Origin: an uncultured Candidatus Rokubacteria bacterium
Lineage (GTDB): Bacteria > Methylomirabilota > Methylomirabilia > Rokubacteriales > CSP1-6
Reading direction: 5' to 3'
DNA length: 64,000 nt
Assembly (NCBI GenBank): GCA_963754315.1
Contig: CAVWFS010000020.1
Coordinates: forward strand, 1 to 64,000
Shown: piece by piece, positions 39,950 through 51,326 of the stretch
How the letters are laid out: each line of letters begins with the position of its first letter
Position numbering within the stretch: position 1 is the stretch's first letter
The notes under the pieces: model-generated
Databases searched by the model: none
What the model was told of the DNA's origin: nothing
What the model saw: only the letters and a program-made list of their open reading frames with translations
Made by a program: the position numbers and the translations under genes

Positions 39950-42900
39950 CTATCGGTGCTGGCCGGCTCTCGGCAGATGGAGCCGGGTCCAGGCCGCGAG
40001 GAACTGGGCGACGTCGAGCGACACCACCGCGCCGGTGGCGTCGACCCGGCGGGCGGCGAGCAGTTGCGCTTGCAGCGCGAGCCGCGCGTCGGTCTCCGGC
40101 GAGGCGGGCCCCCCGAGGTCCCAGACGAGCAGCGCATCGCCGCCCGCCGTCACCAAGCGCCGGCCGTCGGGGCTGAAGACGCCGTGCCGCGCGCCGCCCG
40201 GGTGCGGAAGGAGGGGCGTCAGCGCCTGTCCGCTCTCCGCCTCCCAGACGCGCGCGCCGCCGTCGGAGGCGACGGTGACGACCCACCGGCCGTCACGGCT
40301 GAACCCCGCGTGAAACATCTGGGCGATGGCGTCGTGTGCCAGCGGCGGCGTCGCCGGAGCCCCTGTGCGGGCGTCGTAGAGGCGGGCGGATCCCTCGCTG
40401 AGGAGCAGTAGCGAGCGGCCGTCGGGCGCGAACGCGAGCTGCTTCGTCGCGTACTGATCGTTCCGGAGGCCGGAGACGATCGGCCGTCCGCTCGCCGCGT
40501 CGTGGATGGCGGCGCTGGCTCGTCCCGCGACGACGGCGAGCCGGGTCCCGTCGGGGCCGAAGACAGCGCGAGTGCGCTCGCTCTGGCGCAGCGACGGGAT
40601 CTCCCGCCGGGACTCCAGGTCCCACACGCGGACGACGCCCCCGAATTCCAGGGTGAGCAGGCGCTGCCCGTCGGGGCTGAATTCGGTGAACGTCACCGGC
40701 TCGCCGTGAGGGAGGGCGAACATCCGCTCGCCGTTGGCCAGGTTCCACAGCACGACGTCGTACTGACCGCCAGCCGCCCGGCCGGCGGTGGCGAGCCAGC
40801 GCCCGTCAGGACGGAAGCTCGCGTGGCTCAGCCGCCGCCCGTGGCCGAGCGAGAGCACCTCCGCGCCGGAGGCCGTGTCCCAGACCTTCGCCATCCCATC
40901 CATGGCGGTCGTGACGACGCGCCGGCCGTCGGGGCTGAAGGCCGCGTGAGAGATCTGGCCCGTTGTGCGGAGCGCGAGCGGCGCGCCGGTGGCGAGGTCC
41001 CACACCTGGACCAGGAAGTCGCTGACCGCCAGCAGCCGGCGGCCGTCGGGATGGAAGGCGGCGCGCGCCACGTCCTTGTGGGCGTAGCGGCCCGCCGCGG
41101 TCCCCAGCGTCCACACGCGTACCGTGCCGTTCGACGTCACCGTGGCCAGGCGCGCCTGGTCGGGCGCCAGCGAGAGGTTCGACACGGTGTCCTCGTGATA
41201 GAGCGGCGGCGTCAGCGGCGCGCCGGAGCTAGTGCTCCAGACGCGCGCCGTCCGGTCGGTGCTGGCCGTGGCGAAGCGCCGACCGTCGCGACTGAAGGCG
41301 GCGTGGAGCACGGCCCCGGCGTGCTTGACGGTGGTGACCTCGCGCGGCTCGTCGTCCAGGCTCCAGACGCTGGCCTCCCCGAAGTCGGTGGCCATGACCA
41401 GGCGCTTGCCGTCGGCGCTCAGCTCCACGTGGTTGACCCCGGGCCAGCTCTGCACCAAGTCGGGCTCGTCTCGCGTGACGTCCCATAGCCGCGCGGTGCG
41501 AACGCCGTCCAGCGTGAGCGCGCGCCGGCCATCGCCGGAGACGTCGACCGACTGCACCCCGTCTTTGTGGGCCAAGGTCACGCGGCGTCCGGCGCCGGGG
41601 CTCACCGGCCAGACGTGCGCGGAGCCGTCCTGGGTGAGAGTGAGCACTCGCTGGCGATCGCGCGTCGGCGCCGCGGCGACGACAGGGCTCTCGTGCGTGA
41701 AGGAGCCGAGCAGCTGGCCGGCTCGAGGATCCCACAACCGCGCGACGAGATCACCGCCGGCTGTGACCAGCGCGAGGCCGTCAGGGCTGAGCTCGGCTGC
41801 CGTGACCTCGTCGGGATGCGGCAGCCGTGCGTTCTCGCGGCCAAGTCGCCCATCCCACACGCGAACGACCCGATCGGGCCCGCAGGCAACGACGCGCACG
41901 CCCTCGGCGGTGGCGTCCACCGCGAGCAGGCGATGCTCCGGCGGAAGCTTGAGCGCGATCGGCGCTCCGGTCTCCGGATCCCAGACCTGCGAGGCGCTCG
42001 GCGCCGCGCCCAGGCCGTCCGGGCGCTCGAGCGCGTCGGTGACGGCGTAGCGGCCGTCGCGCCCGAACGTGACCCACCGCCTGAGCGCGCGCGGCCGCAC
42101 GGTCCACACCTGGGTCAACGCTGGGTGCTGGTCCAGTGTCGAGCGGAGGCGGAGGCGCTGGAGCTCCTGGCCGCGGGGACGCTCGGCCTCCAGGCGGAGC
42201 GCCTCGGCGAACCACAGCGCGGAGCCAGAGAGATCGCGCTCGTCGATCCGTCGCAGGCCGTTGGCCACCATCGCCTGGACCAGGCGCTGGCGGCTCGCCT
42301 CGCGCTGCTCCTCGGCCACGCGCTGCTGCCGCTCGGCTTCCTTGCGCTGCGTCTCTGCCGCTTCCCGCTGGCGATCGGCCTCCTCACGCTGACGCTCCGC
42401 CTCGACACGTTGCCGCTCGGCCTAGCCGCGCGCTGCCGCTCGGCAGCCGCGCGCTGCTCCTCGGCGACGCGGCTCTGCTGGCGCGCGATGTTGCGCTGCT
42501 GCACGGCCAGGCCGGCCGCCACCACCGCGCCGATCAGCAGCGCCGAGAGCGTCGCCACGGCCGCCCCGGCCAGGCGGCGGGTCCGCTGGTGCTGCCGGAT
42601 GTCCTCGCCGATCAGATCGTCGAGCGGCTGCCCGCGCAAGGTTGAGGACAGGCGCGCGACCGCGTCGAGGAACTCCGGACGCCGTGGCGAGAGATCCGTG
42701 CTGGAGCGCGCCCAGCGCAGGTCGAGATGGAGCGGCTCGGCCCGCAGGGCGCCGCGCAGCCGTGGTGGCAGGCAGGTGGTGCGGGCCCAGTCGAAGTCTC
42801 CCGTCGCACGGTCCCAGGACAGCGTGCCGTCCGTCCACACGATCAGGAGCCGGTCGGCGAACCCCATATCAAGCCACGCGTCCACTTCCTGCTCGACCCA

Positions 42901-43149
42901 CTGCGAGCGTGCGGCCTGCTCGGAAGCGAGCAGGACGAAGTACTCCGACGACGACAGCGCGGCGCGGATGGACTCCCACAGGTCGGGCGTGAGCCCAAGG
43001 CCGGTCGTGTCCCGGAACACGCGGATGGCCCGGCGCCGGTACCAGGGCTTGGCGAACGTCTGCAGACGGGCCTGGAGGATCTCGGCAAGCCGGCCGTCTG
43101 CGGCGTGGCTGTAGGACACGAACGCCGTGAACTGGAACCGGCTCGTCAC
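39950..43149 (-). CDS. TIR domain - TM - coiled coil - WD40 repeat protein; frameshift near 42423
   Basis: AFVSYSH, VFRD, FVLLAS...SQWVEQEV (TIR); TM AVATLSALLIGAVVAAGLAV; AERQR repeats; many FSPDG...T...DGTARVW blades. Confidence 0.85.
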
Positions 43150-43155
43150 TGGCGG

Positions 43156-43293
43156 CTACCCTCGCCGGCTCACGCGCCAGCCGCGCGAAGACCGGCTACG
43201 CCTCGCCGTCCTCGGACGACGGCTATCGAGCTCTGAGCTTGACGCTGTCGCTGACTGGGACCTGCGGTAGCTGATGTAGAGCTTCCCAGTCAT
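43156..43293 (-). pseudogene. Possible remnant of a second TIR-domain gene
   Basis: 45-aa ORF beginning MTGKLYISYRR (TIR beta-A motif), then loses similarity. Confidence 0.45.
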
Positions 43294-43524
43294 CGCCAAT
43301 CCTGGACCGTTGCCCTCATTCGTCCGTTGCCGACTGACAGGGTGTCGGAACGAAACTCAGCTTGCGCCGTATTGAACCTGAGCGTGTCGGCGGTCCAAAA
43401 CCCTGTCGCGCGTCGAGCCCGCCACCGTGCCTAGCAGGATCGCGTTCCCAGGCAACCAACGTCAAGGGGCCCCGATGACTCGTGGGCGGCTCGACGATGA
43501 CACGCTGGTGCTATTATCCGGCCG

Positions 43525-44230
43525 ATGCCGGCGGCGAAGGGCGGCGTGGAATTCCTGAGGTCGTCACCGCTCCTCGCGGCCCTCCCCGCCAAGGAGCTAG
43601 CCGCCCTTGCCACCCTCGCCCGCGACGAGAACTACCGCGCGCGGGACTACATCTTCATGGAAGGGGATCCGGCCCTCTGGTTCTGCCTGGTCAAGTCGGG
43701 CCGCGTGCGAATCTTCCGGCAGTCGCGCGGCGGCAAGGACGGTGGTGCTGGAGCTGCTGGGCCCGGGAGAGCCCTTCGGCGGTGTGGCGGTGATCGAGAA
43801 GCGCCCCTACCCTGCCTCGGCCCAGGCCACGGAGCCAAGCGTCATCACCAAGCTCCCGCAGGATGCCGTCGTGGCCCTGGCCGAGCGCGATCCCTCGATC
43901 ATCAAAGAGATGGCGCTGATGATCGGCCGTCGACTGCGCGCGGCCCACGACTCCGTGAAGTCCCTGGCCGCAGATCCCGTGGAGGCCCGCTTGGCCGCCA
44001 CCCTGCTCCGCCTCGCCGAGCGGGAAGGCACACGCGGCCCACAGGGGTTAACCTTGCCTTTTCACCTCACGCGGCAGGGCCTGGCCGACATGACGGGCAC
44101 CACCGTGGAGACGACGATCCGCATCGTGAGCCGCTGGCTCAAGGACCGGCTGGTGCGCGAGGAGGCGAACCGGCTCGTCCTCGCCGACGTCGCGGCCCTG
44201 CGCGAGCTCGCGGAGGGCGAGAGCGACTGA
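43525..44230 (+). CDS. Crp/Fnr family regulator (NnrR/DNR-like); frameshift near 43741
   Basis: IFMEGDP, SGRVRI, GPGEPFG, YPASAQA, HTH LTRQGLADMTGTTVETTIRIVS; no FNR Cys cluster. Confidence 0.9.
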
Positions 44231-44302
44231 CGTGTCGCTGGCCGTTGTGGGTGCCACGGCTCAATGCCGAGGCCCTCGACATCGGCGTGCCCTCACGACC
44301 CG

Positions 44303-44345
44303 TATGATATGGATCATAGTGGCCGCGTGCCACACCGCGTAGGCT
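44303..44345 (+). promoter_or_regulatory. Putative class II Crp/Fnr-dependent promoter
   Basis: Palindrome tATGAT-atgg-ATCATa (44303-44318), -10-like TAGGCT (44340-44345), GGAGGA SD before ATG 44367. Confidence 0.6.
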
Positions 44346-44366
44346 CGAAGCATGGAGGATCAGGCA

Positions 44367-44609
44367 ATGAGCCACGCATGCAGTTGCGCGACCCAGATCG
44401 AGCCCTCGGCGTCCACAACCCGCGCCACCGCCGAGCAGACGGTTGCCGAGGTGTCGAAACGTCCCGGCGCGCTGGAGGTCTTCCAGCAGCTGGGCGTGAA
44501 CCATTGCTGCGGAGCCCATCTCTCGCTTCGCGAGGCGGCCGCCGCCGCGGGAATCTCTCTCGACGAGTTAATGCGCGCTCTCGACGACCCTGTGGCCGCG
44601 GCGCCATGA
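44367..44609 (+). CDS. DUF542 (ScdA/RIC N-terminal) domain protein
   Basis: TVAEV....P...EVFQQLGVNHCCGAHLSLREAAAAAGISLDEL. Confidence 0.85.
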   Translation: MSHACSCATQIEPSASTTRATAEQTVAEVSKRPGALEVFQQLGVNHCCGAHLSLREAAAAAGISLDELMRALDDPVAAAP

Positions 44610-45397
44610 TCACGAGCACCACGACCGTCGCCCGGCTCCTCGAAGAGCACCCGCAGCTGGTGGATTTCCTGGCCGGCTACCACCCGCACTTCGAGAAGCT
44701 GCGCTTCGGGCTCCTGCGAAAGATCATGGCGCCGCGGGTGACGGTCGAGCAGGCAGCGCGTATGGCCGGGATCTCTGCCGATGATCTGCTGACGGCGATC
44801 CGCCGCCAGATCGGCGAGGTGGAGTCGCCGAGTGCGTCGGCGGAGAGCCCGCCCGATGCCGGCGCCCCGACAGCACGCCCGGCCCTGCTCGCGGCCCGCC
44901 GCCCCGTGCAGGTGGACGTGCGCGACGACATCCGGCGGGGCGCGGAGCCCTTCGCGCGCATCATGGCCGCCATCAAGGCGCTGAGCGACGAGGAAGTGCT
45001 CGTGCTCCGCGCGCCCTTCGAGCCCTTCCCGCTCTATGACGTCCTCGCCCGCCGGGGCCTCGCGCACTGGACGCAACGGCAGGCTGCCGACGACTGGTCG
45101 ATCTGGTTCTATCGAGAGCCGGCCGCCGAGGCCGCGGCATCGACCGCGAGCGCGCCGGGCACTGTCAGCGGCGCGTTCACCATGGACGTGCGGGGCCTCG
45201 AGCCACCGCTGCCCATGGTGCGCGTGCTCGAGCGTCTCGACACGCTCGCCGAGGGGGCGCAGCTGGAGGTGATCCACGACCGGCGACCGATGTTCCTCTA
45301 TCCCCTGCTCGACGAGCGCGGCTTCGGGCACGAGACCGACGCGGCCGAGCCAGGCATCGTCCGCATCCGCATCACGAAGCGTCCGCCGACCGAGTGA
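44606..45397 (+). CDS. DUF1858-like plus tandem DUF2249 domain protein
   Basis: VARLLEEHPQLVDFL; DVRDDIRRGAEPFARIM..APFEPFPLY; DVRGLEPPLPMVRVL..HDRRPMFLY. Confidence 0.85.
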   Translation: MITSTTTVARLLEEHPQLVDFLAGYHPHFEKLRFGLLRKIMAPRVTVEQAARMAGISADDLLTAIRRQIGEVESPSASAESPPDAGAPTARPALLAARRPVQVDVRDDIRRGAEPFARIMAAIKALSDEEVLVLRAPFEPFPLYDVLARRGLAHWTQRQAADDWSIWFYREPAAEAAASTASAPGTVSGAFTMDVRGLEPPLPMVRVLERLDTLAEGAQLEVIHDRRPMFLYPLLDERGFGHETDAAEPGIVRIRITKRPPTE

Positions 45398-46725
45398 TGA
45401 TCCCGGCGCCAGGGCGTGGTCCGTCCGTCCTTCTACCGCTGCGGTATCTCGTAGCCGCCGCCGGCGCCTTCCTCCTCGCGGCGGCGAGCCTGCCGTGGTT
45501 GGCCGGGAGCTGGCCGGACATTACTACCAGCCGCGAATTCTCGCCCTCACGCACACCGTGACCCTCGGCTGGATCACCCTCACCATCATGGGCGCGAGCT
45601 ACCAGATCCTCCCCATCGTCCTGGAGCGCCCGATCTGGAGCGAGCGCCTCGGCCGGTGGCAGTTCGCGTTGCTGGCTGTCGGGATCGTCGGCATGGTGGG
45701 CCACTTCTTCATCGGCGAGTGGTCGGGACTGCTGTGGGGCGCCGGGTTCGTCGCGCTCGGGACCGTCGCGCACCTGACGAACGCGGTGATGAGCGTTCGC
45801 GGTCTCCGGCAGTGGACGTTCACGGCTCGCCTGGTGGCCCTGGCGCTCGCAGGCTTTGCTCTCACGCTCGTCTTCGGCCTCGCCCTGGCCGTCAACCGCC
45901 TGTGGCCGTTCCTTCCACCGGCGACGTTCCCCTGGTCCACGCCCACTTCCATCTGGCCCTCCTCGGTTGGGTGTTGCCCATGGTCATCGGCGTGGCCGCC
46001 CGCGTGTACCCGATGTTCCTGCTTGCTCACGAGCCCGGAGGATGGCCGGGGCGGGTCCAGCTTGCAGGCATGGCCTTCGGCGTGCCTGCGGTCGTCATCG
46101 GAATTCTTGCCTCGCGCTGGGTCCTGGCGGCGGGCGCGCTCGCCGTGAGCGCTGCGGTACTTGGCCACGGGCTCTGGATTCTCGGCATGGTGCGGACGGC
46201 CAGGCGGCCCCGCCTCGATTGGGGTCTACGCCTGGTGCTCGTCGGGGCGCTGTTTCTGGCTCCGACCGTCGTCCTGGGTCTCGGCCTCGCGCTCGAGGTG
46301 GTGTCCGGGCCCCGCCTCGGCCTCGCCTACGCGGTGCTGGCCCTGGGAGGCTGGGCCTCCCTCACCATCGCCGGGATGATGCTGAAGATCGTTCCATTCC
46401 TGGTGTGGTACCGCGCCTACAGCCCACACGTGGGGCGCGCGTCCGTACCGACCCTGGCCCAGCTCTCGTGGCCGGCCGGCGAGGCCGTCGCGTTCGCGCT
46501 GCTCTCCACCGGAATGGCCGGCCTTGCGCTGGCCGTGATAGCCAGCGAAGTCTGGGCCATCCGTGCGGCGGGAGCCATCGTCGCAGTCGGCGCCCTGGCC
46601 TTCGCGGCGACCCTCGCGCGCGTGCTCGGGCATCTGCGGTCGACCCCTCCCGCGCCGTTGTTAACCGCCGGAGACGACCGCCATGGCGCGTCCCGCCCCG
46701 ACTCACCAGGACCGCCGCGCCATGA
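45397..46725 (+). CDS. Polytopic membrane protein with repeated His/LGW motifs (NnrS / haem-copper oxidase-like fold suspected); two or more frameshifts, end approximate
   Basis: LTHTVTLGWITLTIMGASYQILP; HAHFHLALLGWVLPMVIG; LGGWASLTIAGMMLKIVPFLVW. Confidence 0.7.
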
Positions 46726-47042
46726 CCGCGTTCGATGGCACCCCACCGGCGACGCCGGCCGTCACGCCAGCGCAGGTAACCCGGGCGCTGCGCGAGGTCT
46801 TCGATCCCGAACTCGGGATGTCCATCGTGGAGCTGGGCCTTGTCTACGGCATCGACGTTCGCGGCGGCGCCGTTACCGTGACGATGACCCTGACTGCGCC
46901 CGGCTGCCCCATCCACGACGTGATGTCGGCGTGGGTGAAGGAAACGATCATGGGAGTTCCGGGCGTGGAGCACGTCGACGTGACGATCACCTTCGATCCG
47001 CCCTGGACTCCTGATCGGATCGTACGCGCTTCGCCAGGGTGA
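46722..47042 (+). CDS. DUF59/SufT-like metal-sulfur cluster assembly factor
   Basis: VFDPELGMSIVELGLVY, MTLTAPGCP, FDPPWTPD. Confidence 0.92.
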   Translation: MTAFDGTPPATPAVTPAQVTRALREVFDPELGMSIVELGLVYGIDVRGGAVTVTMTLTAPGCPIHDVMSAWVKETIMGVPGVEHVDVTITFDPPWTPDRIVRASPG

Positions 47043-47067
47043 TCCTCGGCGGCGTGAGTCAGGTATC

Positions 47068-49089
47068 TCACGCCACGAGGAGTTTCCGGACGACCTCGAC
47101 GAGCACCCCCGGCAGAAGCTCCTGGCATCGCAGAAGCGCGTAGCCGCGCCCGAAGATTGACGGCATGTAAGCCGGCGCCTCGCGATCAACCGTCAGGCAG
47201 AACGGAACGAGCCCCTGCACCCGGGCTTCGGCGACGGCCTGGCGAGTGTCCTCGATGCCGTAGCGGCCGCTCGTACCGATCGACATCATTCGGCTTGCCG
47301 TCCGACAGGATGAGAAGAAGTCGATGGTGCGCGGACTGATCGGCCAGCCGAGCGCTGACGTGGCGAATCGCCGCGCCCGCCCGCGTGTAGCGATCGGGTT
47401 CCAGGGCGGCGACCCGGCGTCGGATCGCTACGCCGCCCGTCTCGCCGAAATCCTTGATCGTCAACACGCGCACGTGACCCGGTCCCTCGCCGGAGAACGC
47501 GAAGGCGGCATGCCGGTCGCCGAGGGCATCGAGCGCCTCGAGCAGGACGATGAGGGACTCCTTCTCAACGTCGATAATGCGCTGAGCGCCACCGACCCAG
47601 GCATCGGTTGAAGCGCTGACGTCGACCAGCAGCGCAATGGCGAGGTCGCGGCGCGCGGGTCGCGCCGCGGCGTAGAAGCGATCGTCGCTCGGATGGCCCG
47701 AGCGCCAGTCCGCGAAGGCCGAGACGTACGCGGAGAGATCGAGATCTGGCCCATCGGCCTGGCGGCCCACCCACGTGCGGCGGGAGCGCAGTCCGTCGAA
47801 GCGCCGTCTGACGTGGCGCACCAGCGCCCCATGACGGGTCATCACCTCCTCGACCCACGTCGTCGAGCCGAGGAAGGCGAGGCTCGGGCGGACGACCGCA
47901 CCCCGGGCGCGATAGGCACCGAGCCGGTAGTCCCACTCCGGGTACACGATCCCCGCGTCCATCGAGCCGCGGTCAGTATGATCAGGTGCCGTGACGGCAG
48001 CCGCAGTATCACTGTCGAGAACTTCCCGCGGTGTCCCCGGAGTCCGCACCATGCGGGCCTCGGGTAGCTCCGACACCGAATCGGCGAGATCCGCGACGTC
48101 GGCGTCCTCATCGCGGTCGGCGGGACGCTGCAGACCCATGGGATCCTCGGCGCCCTCCATCGGCTCGTCGGGGCGGATCATCCACGTTCCTGCTGTGTCG
48201 TCGTCCTCGTCGTCGGCTGCCTCCCGGACGCGAGGCCGGCGGCGGAGCGATGCGCTCCGGACCGGCCCTGCGGGCGGCGCCGCGTCCTGGCCTGCCGCGT
48301 TGGAAGTTTGCGCGCGGCAAGGCCGGAGACGTCATCACTTGTCCCCAGGTCTCGACGATCGCTGTACCGCGGTAGACGCCGGTCTTCGCGCCGCGAAGGC
48401 GCATGCCCGTCGCCCGCGCCCACCGCAGCGAGTGGTCGGGAGTCGGGCTGAGGGAATCGCCGCCGAGTGCCGCCGCGGGATCCGCAGCCAGAACCTCGCG
48501 GAACAGCTGTTCGACGGTCCGCTCGAGGGCGGTCAGCCGTTCGAGAGGAGGCCGCTCACGGAGCGCCGCTGCCCTCGCGGCGCGAAGACCGGCCACGAGG
48601 CCACTGAAGTCTCGAGCCAGCGCTCGATCCACCGCGACCGCCTCGACGAGCAGATAGAGGTCCCGCGCCAGTCGATCGGGGGGAACGCGGGTGGGCGTGC
48701 CACGGACCGCCCTCGCTGCCTGCTCGATCGCGAGGAGCCGATAGGTGGCAACGGTCGCCTCCTCCCTGCCTCGTCGGCGGCGGACTCCAGCACCCTCGGG
48801 AGCCAGATGGACGCCCCGTCAGTCGAGGCCGCAGCGGTGCGCCGGGACACATCGGGGGGACGCGCCTCATCGCGCGCGCGAGCCATGTCGCCGGCGGCGG
48901 CGGATCGGCGGGAAGGATCGGCCATGGATCGCCGTAGAGGGAGGCCACGACCAGTTCCAGACGCCGCTTCACGCGAACGAGCGGCAACTCGCGTCGGGCC
49001 TCAGGCGATCTCGTCCGCCACCACAGCTCGCGCGCGGCGACCGCGGCGCGCCGCGCGCCCTCGATGAGAAGGCCTTCGGGATCAGCCAC
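47068..49089 (-). CDS. norD: Nitric oxide reductase activation protein NorD (VWA); several frameshifts
   Basis: [52 protein letters not shown]; adjacent to norQ. Confidence 0.85.
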
Positions 49090-49097
49090 GCTCGGTG

Positions 49098-49930
49098 TTA
49101 CACCACGGCGGCGATCACGTCGTGGACGGCGGCGAGGAGATCGGGGTCGTCGGTGAGCGGCCCCGCGACGGCCGCGCGGCACGCCTCCCGCATGGGAAAC
49201 GCCGCTCGCAATCAAGCGAGCGGCCGCCACGAGCAGCCGCGTACTCGGCACCTCGGAGAGGCCGCGGTCGCGCAGGCGGCGCAGACGGCCGCCGAGAGCC
49301 ACCAGGTCGGCGGCCGTGTGGGCCTCGACCCCACCCTCGTGGGTGACGATCCGGCTCTCGAGATCGGGCGGCGGGAAGTCGAAATCGAGCGCGACGAAGC
49401 GCTGCCGAGTGCTCGGCTTCAGATCCTTGAGGATGTGTTGGTAGCCGGGGTTGTAGGAGACGACCATCTGGAATCCGGGCGCCGCTTCCACCAGCTCACC
49501 GGTCTTGTCGATCGGCAGGACGCGCCGGTCGTCGGTCAGCGGATGGATCACCACCACGACGTCCTGCCGCGCCTCCACAACCTCATCCAGGTAGCAGAGC
49601 GCCCCGGCCCTCACCGCCCGCGTCAGCGGTCCATCCTGCCAGACGGTTTCCGTGGCCCGGACGAGGTAGCGGCCGACGAGATCGCTGGCAGCGAGGTCTT
49701 CGTGACAGGCGACCGTCACGAGCGGCCGTCGCAGACGCCAGGCCATGTGCTCGACGAACCGCGTCTTTCCGCACCCAGTCGGTCCCTTGAGCATCACGGG
49801 GAGATTCCGCCGGTGGCACGCCTCGAAGATGGAGATCTCATCGCGGACTGGAAGGTAGAAGGGCTCCTGGACCGGCGGCAGTCGGACGCCGTCGTGGTCG
49901 GTGCCGGGACTGTCGACGCCCCGCGTCAGC
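49098..49930 (-). CDS. norQ: CbbQ/NirQ/NorQ AAA+ ATPase; frameshifts near 49800 and 49195, start approximate
   Basis: [51 protein letters not shown]. Confidence 0.9.
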
Positions 49931-49939
49931 GGTCGTGCC

Positions 49940-51313
49940 TCACACTGCCGGGGAGCGCGCCGGAGTCAGCTCTTCGCGCTCCGGCAGGGCGACCGGACGC
50001 CCAGCGAGGAAGAAGAAGTCCCAGAGGTACAGCGCGACACCGGCGGTGAAGAGCGCCCCGGTGGCGACGAGCATCAGAAAGTGCACCTGAAGCTTGAGCT
50101 GGGTCTCCAGATACCCGATGCTGAGGATCCGCTCCAGGTACGTCTGGGTGATCCCCGCGGCGGCGAAAGCCATCGTCATGCCGAACATACCAGCGAGTTG
50201 GAGCCAGAAGGCCCAGAACCCGGCCGTCGTCTCGCGTGAGTCCTCGCTCCGACCGGTGAGTCCAGGCATGGCATACGTGATCATGCCGAGCACGATCATC
50301 ACGTACGCCCCGAAGAAAGCCATGTGTCCGTGCATCGGCGTGATGAGCGTGCCATGGGTCCACTTGTTGACCGCCGGCCAGGTGTGCGCGAGGCCGAGGA
50401 GGCCAGCGCCGAGGGCCGAGAAGATCGCGCTCCCGATGGTCCAGTGCAGGGCCATGCCTGTTCGGATGGCTGAAACCCGAGCGGCGGATCGCGTAGTACG
50501 CGTACATCGCCATGCCCAGGAACACGAGCGGCTCCAGCGCGCTGAAGAAGCCGCCGATGGGCAGCCAGTAGCGCGGCACCCCGATCCAGTAGTAATGATG
50601 GGCCGTGCCGAGGATGCCGGAGATGAATGTGAGACCGACGATCACGTACAGCCACTTCTCGAGCACCTCGCGATCGACGCCCGAGAGCCGGATCAGCAGG
50701 TAGGCCAGCAGGGCGCCCTGGATCATCTCCCAGACGCCCTCCACCCAGAGGTGCACCGTCCACCACCGGTAGAACACGCTCACCGTGTAGTTGTCGAACT
50801 CGAAGAGCGCGGGGAGGTAGAGGAGCGCGGAGCAGGCGAGACCCGCGACAAGGACGCCCTCGGTGGTGGTCAGCCGCCCGCCGGCGCGGATGGTCATGCC
50901 GATGTTGTAGAGGAACATCAGCATCACCACCACGATGACGATCTTCAGCGGGAATGGCTGCTCGAGTAGCTTGTTGCCGGCGAGATCCAGCGGAAGACGT
51001 AGCCGACGACGGCGGTAACGCCCATCGCTGTCCAGATTCCGAGCTGGACGTAGGCGAGCCGGACGCTGTAGAGCTCGACGCGCGATTCCTCGGGCACGAG
51101 ATAGTAGGTCGCACCCATGAATCCCGTCAGGAGCCAGACCAAGAGCAAGTTCGTGTGGATGGCCTTGGTCACGTCGAAGGGAAGGACGTGGATCAGCGGG
51201 TCGGGGCCCAGGTACTTCACGGCGGCCGAGAGCCCAAAGACCATCTGGAGGCCGAAGAGGAGCAACGCGACCATGAAGTAGGGATAGGCGACGCGCTGGG
51301 ATCGATACCTCAT
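49940..51313 (-). CDS. norB: Nitric oxide reductase large subunit (cNOR); frameshifts near 50985 and 50458
   Basis: [51 protein letters not shown]. Confidence 0.92.
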
Positions 51314-51326
51314 GACGAAAATCCTT

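Noticed and set aside
43525..44230. O2-sensing FNR
   Set aside because: Lacks the N-terminal Cys cluster for a 4Fe-4S centre.
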